The notes below the pieces were generated by a model that did not search any database, had not been told where the DNA came from, and saw only the letters and a list, made by a program, of their open reading frames with translations. A DNA stretch of 64,000 nucleotides from Promethearchaeota archaeon. Its GTDB lineage: Archaea > Asgardarchaeota > Lokiarchaeia > Sigyniarchaeales > SOKP01. The stretch covers positions 10,833-74,832 of the forward strand of contig JBHLLT010000015.1 in assembly GCA_048938855.1 (NCBI GenBank). Reading direction: 5' to 3'. This document shows positions 10,365-19,760 of the stretch, piece by piece. A program made the position numbers and the translations under genes. Position 1 is the first letter of the stretch; each line of letters begins with the position of its first letter.

Positions 10365-11669
10365 TCAACTCTCCCTTAATCTATTAAAAATATTATTTAA
10401 AATTTCTACATCAGAAAGAACCTCACTTGGTGGGTTTAATATCTTTTTTAGCTCTATAGGGACATGATCTAATCGATAAACTAGTCCTTCACATTCAATA
10501 CCAGTTATAGCTGAAGGGATGATAACATCCGCAGCTAAGGATGATGCAGATTGTTTATTGTCAATAAGAATTAAAGGTCTTTTCAACAATTTCTTACTCA
10601 AACTTAAAGGTAAGTGTGAAACTGGATCAGTTCCTACAATTATCGAGCAATCAAAATCCTCTTTATCTATTTTAGAAATAATTGTATCGGTAGTTTCACT
10701 TAACTGACTGTTTGAAAATTGCAAACTATGATTCTTTCCATAACTTGATAGAGCAACATGCTCAAATCCTACCATATTATAATGTCCACCTAACATTATT
10801 ACAGAGATTCGTCCTTTTTCCTGCTTAACATTTACTAACTGTACCAACTCAAGCAGTTCTTTAATAACATCTTCTCCCGATTGAGGTTTTAAAAGTCCTT
10901 GCCCTATAAAAATAACACCATTCTCCGCTCCAGTTAAATGAAGCAATAATCTCTTGAGATCATGTTTATCAATACCAGCTACGCCCATTTCTGGGATACT
11001 GTCTGTAGTACAACATTCTTCTTTCAAAACACGTATTAAATCAATATCTTTTCCACTTTCAATTTGAAGTGCTACATCTCTTACACCCATAACACCAAAT
11101 GAAGCAGTTTTTACTGGATCTATTACAATCAAAGTTTTAATTTCCCTTCCCGTCATTCTAAACTTTCCTCTAGAAAAGAGAGTTTTATTTAATAAACGTG
11201 GAATAGATTCTGCAGCATTAGCGCCCCATAAGATTAATAAATCTGCTTTATTAATAATTTCTGTTATCGTAGTTAGAGTTATTCCAGTTTCTTTTGCTTT
11301 ATTTAATATTTTTCCTTGACATATCACAGAATTAGAATCTATAAACCCATTAATTAACTCTGCTAACTCAATACCCTTTAGTTGAGCTTCACAACTCGTA
11401 GTGGAAAAACCATATAATAGAGGTTTAGAAGATTTTTTTATAATATTAATGGCTTTATCTATAGATTCTTCTAATGTTACTTTCTCTAATTCACCATTTT
11501 TTCTAATAAGAGGATTTAAGATTCGATTTTTGGCGGTAATTTGATCAAATCTTTCTTTTCCTTTCAAACATGCCCCTACGACCTCATCAATATATAAACC
11601 ATCACTTCTTATAATTATATCATCACATAAAAGTGAACAACCTGAACATGTAACTCGTTTACTAACCAT
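10365..11669 (-). CDS. fwdB: Formylmethanofuran dehydrogenase subunit B-like
   Basis: CSGCSLLCDD...ACLKG Fe-S motif, PLLYGFSTTSCEAQ, ADLLILWGAN, GHYN and YRLDHVP motifs. Confidence 0.88.
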   Translation of the reverse strand: MVSKRVTCSGCSLLCDDIIIRSDGLYIDEVVGACLKGKERFDQITAKNRILNPLIRKNGELEKVTLEESIDKAINIIKKSSKPLLYGFSTTSCEAQLKGIELAELINGFIDSNSVICQGKILNKAKETGITLTTITEIINKADLLILWGANAAESIPRLLNKTLFSRGKFRMTGREIKTLIVIDPVKTASFGVMGVRDVALQIESGKDIDLIRVLKEECCTTDSIPEMGVAGIDKHDLKRLLLHLTGAENGVIFIGQGLLKPQSGEDVIKELLELVQLVNVKQEKGRISVIMLGGHYNMVGFEHVALSSYGKNHSLQFSNSQLSETTDTIISKIDKEDFDCSIIVGTDPVSHLPLSLSKKLLKRPLILIDNKQSASSLAADVIIPSAITGIECEGLVYRLDHVPIELKKILNPPSEVLSDVEILNNIFNRLRES

Positions 11670-11711
11670 ATTTCACAACCTTTTTAACTAAATCAAATAA
11701 AGATTAAATAC

Positions 11712-12179
11712 TCACACATAATCAATTTTTACAGCTTCACGTGGACAATAAGTCTCACAAACTCGACATTCTCTTTCTCTTCCTTCTGCTTCAATCCTTC
11801 GACAATGCTCTATTGCTAATAATTCACACTTCCCTCCCTTAACTTGAAACAATTGATGTTTTTCAGGGGGATAATCAGGAGCTTTACCGCTTAAAGTTGG
11901 AGGACAATACCTTGCATTAACGGGGCATACGGTAACACAAATTCCACAACCGTCACATAATTCAGTATCTACATCGATTTTAAGCTCTTTTTCTTTTCCT
12001 TCTTCAGCACCTATTAGATCTTTTAACATGTCATAATTTTTTTTATATTTGGGCTCTAAAAGTGGAGTACAATCATCAATTTTTACTTTTCCCTGTAATA
12101 AATCTAAAGCAAAAGCCATACAGGTTGGTTTCCCACACTTTTTGCAATTAGTTTTCGGTAGAAATTTATACAGTTCCAT
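11712..12179 (-). CDS. fwdH: FwdH-like Fe-S protein (N-terminal FeS-cluster domain plus ferredoxin motifs)
   Basis: LPKTNCKKCGKPTCMAFA...CTPL, CDGCGICVTVCP and CRVCETYCP motifs; first gene of the fwd cluster. Confidence 0.75.
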   Translation of the reverse strand: MELYKFLPKTNCKKCGKPTCMAFALDLLQGKVKIDDCTPLLEPKYKKNYDMLKDLIGAEEGKEKELKIDVDTELCDGCGICVTVCPVNARYCPPTLSGKAPDYPPEKHQLFQVKGGKCELLAIEHCRRIEAEGRERECRVCETYCPREAVKIDYV

Positions 12180-12421
12180 AAAATTACTTACTGGAATTTA
12201 AAATCACCTTCAAAAATTATTTATTCTACGCATTTCAGTATTGAAGAATATTCATAGATTTATTAATTTCTTTAGTTTATGTATTATAAAATACTCATTA
12301 TATGAATTAAATTTAGAAACTGAAACTGGGTAAAATTTCATATTTTATTAACAAAAAAATTAAAACGACTCAATTTTTCTTTTAATCAACTATTTATAAG
12401 TTTAAGATAAAATCATTAAAA

Positions 12422-13285
12422 TTGAGGATAATTATGTCTGAAGAAGAGATTCCGGATATTAATTTAAAAGAAATGATGTTAGATGAAAGAGAGAAGAATA
12501 TCAGAAAAAACATGGAAAATATTAAACATAAAATCGTAATAATATCTGGGAAGGGTGGTGTAGGAAAAACTACAGTTGCCACCAACCTTGCCATGAGTTT
12601 AGCTAGTGTAGGATTGAGAGTTGGTATTCTTGATGTAGATATTACAGGCCCAAATGTTATTAAAATGCTTGGTGTCAGTTCAGAGTTAAAACCTCGAGTT
12701 GATGTGGAAGCTAAAAAATTTTACCCTATTGATGGTCCTTTAAAACTAAAAGTTATGAGTATGGCATTTTTGACACTTACTCCGGATGAGCCTGTTATTT
12801 GGCGTGGTCCTATGAAGATGAGTGCTGTCAGACAATTTTTAGGGGACGCAGAATGGGGTGAGCTTGATTATTTGATATGTGATTTACCTCCTGGCACATC
12901 TGATGAAACTTTAGATATTTTACAATTAATACCTGATGAGAATGTTGTTATAGTTACAACTCCTCAAGAAGTTGCCTTGATGGATGCTAGAAAGACTATT
13001 AAAATGGCTATGGTGATGCAAAGAAAGATACTTGGAATAATTGAGAATATGGCTGGTTTTAATTGTCCACATTGTGGAGAATTCATCGACTTATATCCTC
13101 CTGGTGGTGCTCAAAAAGCAAGTACTGATTTTAATATTCCAGTAATAGGCACAATCCCATTTGAAACTGAAGTTAGCCAACAAGGTGATCAAGGGTTACC
13201 ATTTATTTTAAAATATCCTGAGAGTAAATCTGCTAAAGCATTTAAGGAAACAGTTAAAAAAATAAGAGAATTACTAGAAAAATAA
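12422..13285 (+). CDS. Mrp/NBP35 (ApbC) Fe-S cluster carrier ATPase
   Basis: SGKGGVGKTT, DVDITGPN, VIWRGPMK, DLPPGTSD, ENM and CPHC motifs. Confidence 0.95.
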   Translation: MRIIMSEEEIPDINLKEMMLDEREKNIRKNMENIKHKIVIISGKGGVGKTTVATNLAMSLASVGLRVGILDVDITGPNVIKMLGVSSELKPRVDVEAKKFYPIDGPLKLKVMSMAFLTLTPDEPVIWRGPMKMSAVRQFLGDAEWGELDYLICDLPPGTSDETLDILQLIPDENVVIVTTPQEVALMDARKTIKMAMVMQRKILGIIENMAGFNCPHCGEFIDLYPPGGAQKASTDFNIPVIGTIPFETEVSQQGDQGLPFILKYPESKSAKAFKETVKKIRELLEK

Positions 13286-13715
13286 TATTTTTCAACTTTT
13301 TTATAAGAGTAACATAAAAATTTTAAAAGGTAAGCTAATTCCATGAGTAGGACAAGATAAAATTAATTAAAGTCCAAGACTCTGAGCATTTCAATTTAGC
13401 CTCCGCAATTACTTGCCCACGTTTAAAACACAGAAGTATTTTATTTATGAAATAGTATATGAAGTTATCAAAATTTCAAAATTTTAATTAACTATTTTTT
13501 CCTCCGAGCAACTTTGTTTGTACCACCAACACGAAATTATAAAGCTTCATAACTTCAACTATCAGAGTGTATACCTATTTTCCAGATAATATATCCTATT
13601 ATTAGATTATAATTTAGATGATTTTATTAACGTAAATAGACTTTAGTTTTATAGGTATTTACTAATAATAACGGGGATTATTATTACTGAGGATTATAAA
13701 CTTCTAAAGGGTATT

Positions 13716-14171
13716 GTGATTTGTAAAGAATCTGGGGAGTATCTTCTTGATCTTATTTTAGATTCAAAAATTAATCCAGTTTTATTGTCGTCTTTTGTAG
13801 GTGCTTTAGGATTATTCGGCGAAAATTTAGGACAGATTGAAGAAATCACCATTAAGGGTCTCGATGTAGAGATGATTATAGTATATAAATATAATTTAAT
13901 TTTCGTAGCGATTCTTGACAAAGAATTTGTAAAACACGATATGAGACAAGAGGCAGAAAAATCATTAGATATGTTCTACTCATTATATCATAGAGAAATT
14001 GAAGAAAACTGTAATGAAGTTAGTCAATTTACATCGTTTAAAAATATTTTATTCACACAAATAGAAGAATACTTCAATAGAATCAAAGAATCAGAAAGGC
14101 GTCTTGAAATTGGTGATTTTGGATTCTTTACCGATGCTATTAAAAAATTGAGAACTAACACTATCAACTAA
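13716..14171 (+). CDS. Longin-like domain protein (true start probably ~11 codons upstream at ATT)
   Basis: beta-beta-alpha(LLSSFVGALGLFG)-beta-beta-beta-alpha(SLDMFYSLY) pattern typical of Asgard longin domains; the in-frame upstream sequence adds the first strand LLKGIV. Confidence 0.65.
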   Translation: MICKESGEYLLDLILDSKINPVLLSSFVGALGLFGENLGQIEEITIKGLDVEMIIVYKYNLIFVAILDKEFVKHDMRQEAEKSLDMFYSLYHREIEENCNEVSQFTSFKNILFTQIEEYFNRIKESERRLEIGDFGFFTDAIKKLRTNTIN

Positions 14172-15052
14172 AAATCTTTATTCTTTTTTTTGAAGATTAA
14201 ATCTCCAATTTTCACTTTAAAGATTCTTTCCATTAGGTTACATTTTGCTTTTAATAAATAGTAGACCTCTTTTTGAGGAATCTCCATACCATATAGACTC
14301 TCAAAATTTCCTTGACCTTTGGATAAAATCACACCATTCTCCATAAAAAAATGCTTTTTAAATTTCTCTGTTGCTTCAGATAGAATTATTCCTGGAGCAT
14401 CATTTGATTCAATTACTTCTATTAAATCGGTCAAACTAATAAATTTAGCATCTTCAAGGGTGGCATCATTAATTATTGGTTTTGATCTCACAGAATAAAC
14501 AATTTCTAAATCGGGGTAATACTTTTTAAGGATCAGAATTAGAATTTTATCGAAGACTATTTCACCAGCATTATCACCAAGAATTAATAAATGTGTGGTA
14601 TTATCAAGTGATTTTCGAAATTTTATATAGTCATTTATAACTAAATCCTCCATAGCAAAATTATAGACATCAGATATGAGGTCAATTTCATGTTGACTGG
14701 CAAAATCAATTGTATTTCCTAAAGCTGATGCCAAAATAGCTTTAGATAGTGGGTCGTTCGCATTTTCAATTACATTTACAATTTCTCCAAAATATTTCAT
14801 AACTAGGCTATTATATTGCATTTTTAAATTATAATATGGATCATTATCATTCAAAAGATCTGAAATTATATTGTATGTAATTTTCCCTAGATAAGGAGCT
14901 GCTCGTTGTTCTATGTCAAAATTTATTAAATATTCCATGAGTTCTTTCTGAGCTTTAATAATTACCTTTCTAGAAAAATCAGGCTTTAGTAATCTAAAGG
15001 CTTTAAGCATTTGATTAAAAAGACAACCAATACACTCTGGTTCTAATTTCAT
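14168..15052 (-). CDS. DUF89/ARMT1-like damage-control metal-dependent phosphatase
   Basis: ECIGC, DPY, GNTIDF, DNAGEIVFD, PIINDAT, SKGQGNFESL and LKAKC motifs. Confidence 0.92.
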   Translation of the reverse strand: MKLEPECIGCLFNQMLKAFRLLKPDFSRKVIIKAQKELMEYLINFDIEQRAAPYLGKITYNIISDLLNDNDPYYNLKMQYNSLVMKYFGEIVNVIENANDPLSKAILASALGNTIDFASQHEIDLISDVYNFAMEDLVINDYIKFRKSLDNTTHLLILGDNAGEIVFDKILILILKKYYPDLEIVYSVRSKPIINDATLEDAKFISLTDLIEVIESNDAPGIILSEATEKFKKHFFMENGVILSKGQGNFESLYGMEIPQKEVYYLLKAKCNLMERIFKVKIGDLIFKKKNKDF

Positions 15053-15129
15053 AATTGTTCATTTGAGATTATTATAAATAATAAAAAAAAAGAAAAAATA
15101 TAAAGATTAAAAATTCAAACTTCGAGATG

Positions 15130-16458
15130 TTATAATTCTTGGATTGCTTTTTGTTTCGCAAGTTTTTCTTCTTCTGTAAGTTGGGGCTCTCCACGCTTTA
15201 CAAAGAACATAAGGACTAATGCAATTATTAAAAAGATTGCTCCATTTAAAACTAAAGTATAAGGAGGGCTGATTAAAGGATTATTGAATAGATCTGTTAA
15301 CGCTCCTAAGATATATGGACCAGTAATCGCAGCTAGGAAAGAAAAGAAGTAATAGATACCTGTATATGTTCCTATTTTTTCACTAGATGGTGCTAATTCC
15401 CAAATTATTACAATTGAATTGACATTCACAAAGGACCAGCCAATTCCAGCAAATACTAACAGAATAATTACAGGGATTAATGCCGCAGCTCTCATAAATC
15501 CAACAAAGAATATTACGAAAAGGCAAGTAATCATGATTGCTAGACCTATCTTGATCGCATTTCTTCTACCAATTTTTCCTGCAATAATCGCAAAAGGATA
15601 CGCAAATATTATTATAGGTAAAGCTACAAAAAATGCTAGAAAACCTGAGAAGTCATCAGATTGTAATAATACATTAGTTCCATATAAAGTGAGTAAAGCT
15701 GCTAAACCTTGGAAAGCAACAAACCATGAGAAAATAGCAAGCCCCATAATCAATGTACTTTTATCTTTTTCCCGTAAAATATCTTTAAAGCTACTAATTA
15801 ATCCTGGTCTTTCTGATCCGCCTTTAATTTTTCTACCTTCTAATTTTTCTTTTTCTAATAAAGCCTGATAACTATACGAATCTTTTTCTTTTACTTTCCA
15901 TACCAAGACGAATAAAGAAATTATCATTAAAACAGAAGCGATAATGAATGATCCTTGTAATGTTATTAATCCTGCTATCAAACTTAAGCCATAGCCAAAT
16001 ACACCCCCAAGACCACCCATCATATTAATAATTGCATTCCCCTTACTCCTATTTACAGGTTTAACAAAATCTGGCATCAATGAAACCGCTTGTGATCGAT
16101 AGAAGCCCATAGCTACACTAAAAAAAAACATCCAGATAATTAATTGGAATAAATTCTGTTGAGTCGGTAATAAAGTAAAAAAGACTGCAGCTGAAGGTAT
16201 TCCAATGATGATATAAGGCATTCTTCTACCTAATTTTGTACGTGTGTTATCAGAAACTGACCCCATAATTGGTTGGAGAATCACACCGATGATATTATCA
16301 AGTGCCATCCACACTCCCACGAATCCTAGAAAGACTAAATAAGTTTCTAAGAGCCTACTCACTCTCGCATTATATAAGCTCCATGCTATTTCAGTTGTAA
16401 AGAATGCTAGGCCTATGAAAAAAATAAGACTTGTTTTAATCTTTTTTTCTTCTCCCAT
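15130..16458 (-). CDS. MFS transporter (SLC45/GPH sugar-type)
   Basis: 12 TM; QPIMGSVSDNTRTKLGRRMPY signature. Confidence 0.88.
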   Translation of the reverse strand: MGEEKKIKTSLIFFIGLAFFTTEIAWSLYNARVSRLLETYLVFLGFVGVWMALDNIIGVILQPIMGSVSDNTRTKLGRRMPYIIIGIPSAAVFFTLLPTQQNLFQLIIWMFFFSVAMGFYRSQAVSLMPDFVKPVNRSKGNAIINMMGGLGGVFGYGLSLIAGLITLQGSFIIASVLMIISLFVLVWKVKEKDSYSYQALLEKEKLEGRKIKGGSERPGLISSFKDILREKDKSTLIMGLAIFSWFVAFQGLAALLTLYGTNVLLQSDDFSGFLAFFVALPIIIFAYPFAIIAGKIGRRNAIKIGLAIMITCLFVIFFVGFMRAAALIPVIILLVFAGIGWSFVNVNSIVIIWELAPSSEKIGTYTGIYYFFSFLAAITGPYILGALTDLFNNPLISPPYTLVLNGAIFLIIALVLMFFVKRGEPQLTEEEKLAKQKAIQEL

Positions 16459-16588
16459 ATCTTTTCACTAGACTAAATTTTTTGTTTAATAAATGAGTTT
16501 AAAATTATCTTGTTTCTTCTTATATTTATATGTTCTATATAATTTGACCATAGAATTTTTTGACATTAGAAACATAAAAAAAGAAAAA

Positions 16589-16741
16589 TTAAAAATTAAT
16601 TTCAATTTTAATATTTTCTATCTTTTCAGGCATTCCCTTTGTGGTCTTTAAATAACCAAGGATAATATTAGCTAACATCTCTTGCATAAAATCTTTTAAA
16701 GGGATTTTCCGCTCATTTACAGTTAGGTTTGTGGTAGTCAT
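16589..16741 (-). CDS. Small protein (50 aa) resembling the C-terminal domain of archaeal MobB
   Basis: Manual translation MTTTNLTVNERKIPLKDFMQEMLANIILGYLKTTKGMPEKIENIKIEINF; the LxVNxxxIPLxxF...IILG pattern fits; below the ORF-track size cutoff. Confidence 0.6.
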   Translation of the reverse strand: MTTTNLTVNERKIPLKDFMQEMLANIILGYLKTTKGMPEKIENIKIEINF

Positions 16742-16842
16742 ACTTGAATTAAAATTTCTGATTTTTTAAAATTTGGGATTATGAAATGAATAATATCAAA
16801 AAAGAGTTTGAATTATTCTTATTATTAAAAATAGCAACTATG

Positions 16843-16910
16843 ACCGAAACCATTGCTTGGTAGGTCTTCTTGTTACTAATCTTTTTTTAACAAGATTCAT
16901 TCCTTTCGGT
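16843..16910 (-). promoter_or_regulatory. Eukaryote-type SECIS element (AUGA_AA_GA)
   Basis: Minus strand reads ACCGAAA GGA AUGA A UCUUGUUA AAAAAAGAUUAG UAACAAGA A GA C CUACCAAGCAAUGG UUUCGGU. Perfect 8-bp upper helix, UGAA/AGAC quartet, A-rich apical loop and 7-bp basal helix; begins 2 nt after the stop of the TGA-containing ORF. Confidence 0.8.
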
Positions 16911-16912
16911 TT

Positions 16913-17125
16913 TTATATTAGAATTATAAAGTAAATCAGTATTTGGTAATTAATAAAATAATTTGTCATCGACTGGATGATTTGAGGAGGAAGTATGAAA
17001 CCACCTCAACCACAACTTCCATTCGTACCCGCATTTACTAGAATCATAGTAACAACTGTAATAATTGCCCCAAGTCCTACTACACTTAAAATAATCACGA
17101 GTAATTTTCTAAGATCTTCTCTCAT
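16913..17125 (-). CDS. Candidate small membrane selenoprotein (70 aa, Sec at codon 40, C-G-U-G-G motif)
   Basis: MREDLRKLLVIILSVVGLGAIITVVTMILVNAGTNGSCG-U(TGA 17006-17008)-GGFILPPQIIQSMTNYFINYQILIYFIILI-TAA; SECIS immediately 3'. Confidence 0.75.
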
Positions 17126-17220
17126 TATTTTTATATCTAAACCAATTTGATTAATATTATATTTTATTAGGAAGCTTTTCCTAAAAATATTAACTGAAAG
17201 TAAATGCTAAAGCGTCTAGT

Positions 17221-18246
17221 TTAAGAACTTGAGCCTTCTTTATGTTTAAATATTGTATAAATTCCTATAATAAGCGTAAATAGTGCAAAGAAAATCCATA
17301 ATATTTGAACCTGAAGTATTCGTTGTTCTAATATTATTCCAGGGGCGAGAGGAGTAATTACTGCTTGCCAAATTTTCATAATTTGAGTTACAAGTTTAGT
17401 GAGAACTAAGAATAATGCTATGTTATCAACTCTAAATATCTTAAGTTTCTCCTTTATATAGTCAACTCTTTCATAGATTGAACCGATAATATATATGAAT
17501 AATAGTAAATCGATGAAAAATGAAAAAATATCATAAGGGCCACTGTCGCTAAAGATGATTTCTGCTAAAATATCCACAACAAGATAAACAACATAAAAGT
17601 AGGTTAACATCATAAATAACGAAATATAAGCAGCTAATTTCTTAGTAAATATTAATCTAATTAGAGTAATCCCTATTATTGTTACTACGATTAGAAAAAG
17701 CCAAAAGAAACTTCTGGGTATATTAGAAGTTGCTGTGAGGGGGATACTAGTAAAAAATCTAATTGCTAGAGAGATAAACCACCATATGAGAAAGAAGAAA
17801 AAAGAAAATTCGAGAATTCGTGTGAATACTCTGGAGCGTTTTTTCTTGTACAAGTAATCATCAACTTTTATTGAACTATCCATACATAGTTTATAAGCAA
17901 AAAACGCAATTAAAATGGAATCTGTAATGGCAAAAAATCTATATATATAAATTACGATCCATCTAAAAATCCAGAAAACGGGTATTGCTAATATTGCAAA
18001 AATTATGGCGATAATTATTATTAGGGCGCCCATTTCATTAATCGGTTTGAAAAATGAGATTATAAATAACACGAGTGTAAATACTGCTAATGTTCCAATA
18101 AAAAATAAAAAATAAAAACCAAGTTCATAATTTCTAAAAATATCAATTATAAAAGTGAAGAGAAACCAAGATATGATGAATATAATAGCAATAATCAATA
18201 AGAGGGTTTTTTTTGAAAGGTTCTTTAGACCTTTAATAAATCTCAT
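17221..18246 (-). CDS. Polytopic membrane protein, unknown function
   Basis: 341-aa ORF with about 10 hydrophobic helices. Confidence 0.7.
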   Translation of the reverse strand: MRFIKGLKNLSKKTLLLIIAIIFIISWFLFTFIIDIFRNYELGFYFLFFIGTLAVFTLVLFIISFFKPINEMGALIIIIAIIFAILAIPVFWIFRWIVIYIYRFFAITDSILIAFFAYKLCMDSSIKVDDYLYKKKRSRVFTRILEFSFFFFLIWWFISLAIRFFTSIPLTATSNIPRSFFWLFLIVVTIIGITLIRLIFTKKLAAYISLFMMLTYFYVVYLVVDILAEIIFSDSGPYDIFSFFIDLLLFIYIIGSIYERVDYIKEKLKIFRVDNIALFLVLTKLVTQIMKIWQAVITPLAPGIILEQRILQVQILWIFFALFTLIIGIYTIFKHKEGSSS

Positions 18247-18436
18247 TTTAACTTTCTCATGATGTTTTGATATAAAATTTGTAAATATCCAATGTGTTAA
18301 ATAATTTTATTATAAAACTACCTAAAAATTCACTTTTGTGTATAAAACCAATAAAAACTTTTGCTTTACTCTTTTTAAATTATTAAAAAAATCTTTTTAT
18401 CTTTCAAATAATTCTCAAACATATAATAATATTTAA

Positions 18437-19735
18437 GTGAATAGGTTAATGTCTGAAGAACAAAAAGTTAGAAATCGTTGGATTGTAGTCATCGGAGCAA
18501 TCTTGATTCAACTCGCGCTAGGAACAATTTATTCATGGGGAACACTTACTGTTTTTGTTAGTCCATATTTAAATGAAATTAAGGAAGTAACTGTCTACAT
18601 ATTTGGTGTAGGATTATTATCATTTGCAATCACCATGATTTTTGCCGGAAAGTTACAGCAGAGATATGGACCACGAAATATAGCTATCCTTGGTGGAATT
18701 TTGATGGGTGGAGGTGTAATTCTTTCTGCATTTATGACCACATTTATAGGTCTATTAATTACTTATGGCATTATTTTTGGTGCAGGAATTGGATTTGGAT
18801 ATGTTTGTCCTATAGCATCAGCAGGTAAATGGTTTCCAGATAAAAAAGGTTTAATAAATGGAATTGCTGTAGCCGGATTTGGAGCAGGTTCATTCATATT
18901 CAATTATGTAATAAAAGCAATAGCAAATCCCACAGGTTTAGAAACAGATGATCCAAATTTTCTATCAACAATATCCCCAAATATCCCTATTATGTTCATT
19001 ATACTAGGGATTATATATTTAGTTCTTATAGTCGGAGGTGCTATGAGTTTAAGTAATCCTCCCGAAGGATGGGCCCCAAGAGGTTGGAATCCTCCTCCCC
19101 CTTCAGAAGAAAGTGGAGTTTCAGGTCTTGAATTCGAGAGAAAACAGACTATAAAATTATCACAATTTTGGATGCTGTGGGCAACATTTATTCTAAGTGC
19201 AATATCTGGATTAATGGTAATTGGCTCTTATTCTTCTTTTGCAAAAACAGTCGATATTAGTGATAATTTCATTTATGTGATAGGGACGGCAGATTTCGTC
19301 CTAATTGGTAGCTTAGCAGCGCTCTTTAATGGTTTGGGAAGAATAGTTTGGGGACAACTTGCTGATTTAATTACTTACAAGAAATCTATGATGATAATGT
19401 TCATTACTCAGGCGATATTGATGTTTATATACTTTACAACAAATCTGAATGCTATATATTTCTTAATAATGACTTGTGCAATATATTTCTGTTTTGGAGG
19501 GAATTTCAGCTTGTTTCCAACCGCTACAACTGATTTATTTGGCTCAAAAAATTTAGGACCAAATTATGGAATCGTATTTACAGCATACGGAATTGCCGGA
19601 TTTATGGGTGCGACAATGGTAAATACATTTGTTTTATTATTTGGTGGTTATTTAACCTTGTTTATTGTTATGGGGATTATGTCATTAGGAGCTGCCTTAT
19701 TAGCTTTTTTGATAAAACCTCCTACTCGCAAATAA
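18437..19735 (+). CDS. OFA-family (oxalate/formate antiporter-like) MFS transporter
   Basis: RWIVVIGAILIQLALGTIYSW, KWFPDKKGL..G.AVAGFGAG, FNGLGRIVWG and FGGNFSLFP...FGSKNLGPNYG motifs. Confidence 0.9.
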   Translation: MNRLMSEEQKVRNRWIVVIGAILIQLALGTIYSWGTLTVFVSPYLNEIKEVTVYIFGVGLLSFAITMIFAGKLQQRYGPRNIAILGGILMGGGVILSAFMTTFIGLLITYGIIFGAGIGFGYVCPIASAGKWFPDKKGLINGIAVAGFGAGSFIFNYVIKAIANPTGLETDDPNFLSTISPNIPIMFIILGIIYLVLIVGGAMSLSNPPEGWAPRGWNPPPPSEESGVSGLEFERKQTIKLSQFWMLWATFILSAISGLMVIGSYSSFAKTVDISDNFIYVIGTADFVLIGSLAALFNGLGRIVWGQLADLITYKKSMMIMFITQAILMFIYFTTNLNAIYFLIMTCAIYFCFGGNFSLFPTATTDLFGSKNLGPNYGIVFTAYGIAGFMGATMVNTFVLLFGGYLTLFIVMGIMSLGAALLAFLIKPPTRK

Positions 19736-19740
19736 AATAA

Positions 19741-19760
19741 TTTTTTTTTTTTTTTTTTTT
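19741..19760 (+). terminator. Oligo-T tract between convergent genes (archaeal-type terminator)
   Basis: 20 consecutive T just after the stop of the OFA transporter. Confidence 0.5.

Noticed and set aside
10365-11669. FwdB as a selenoprotein
   Set aside because: The metal-ligand position is TGT (Cys), the TGA stop gives a full-length protein, and no SECIS is visible nearby.
13330-13560. Peptide-like fragments on the minus strand (CFKRG...CPTHG; RVGGTNKVARRKK resembling NAC-beta)
   Set aside because: Interrupted by stops/frameshifts with no start; may be a decayed gene, but the similarity is too short to support.
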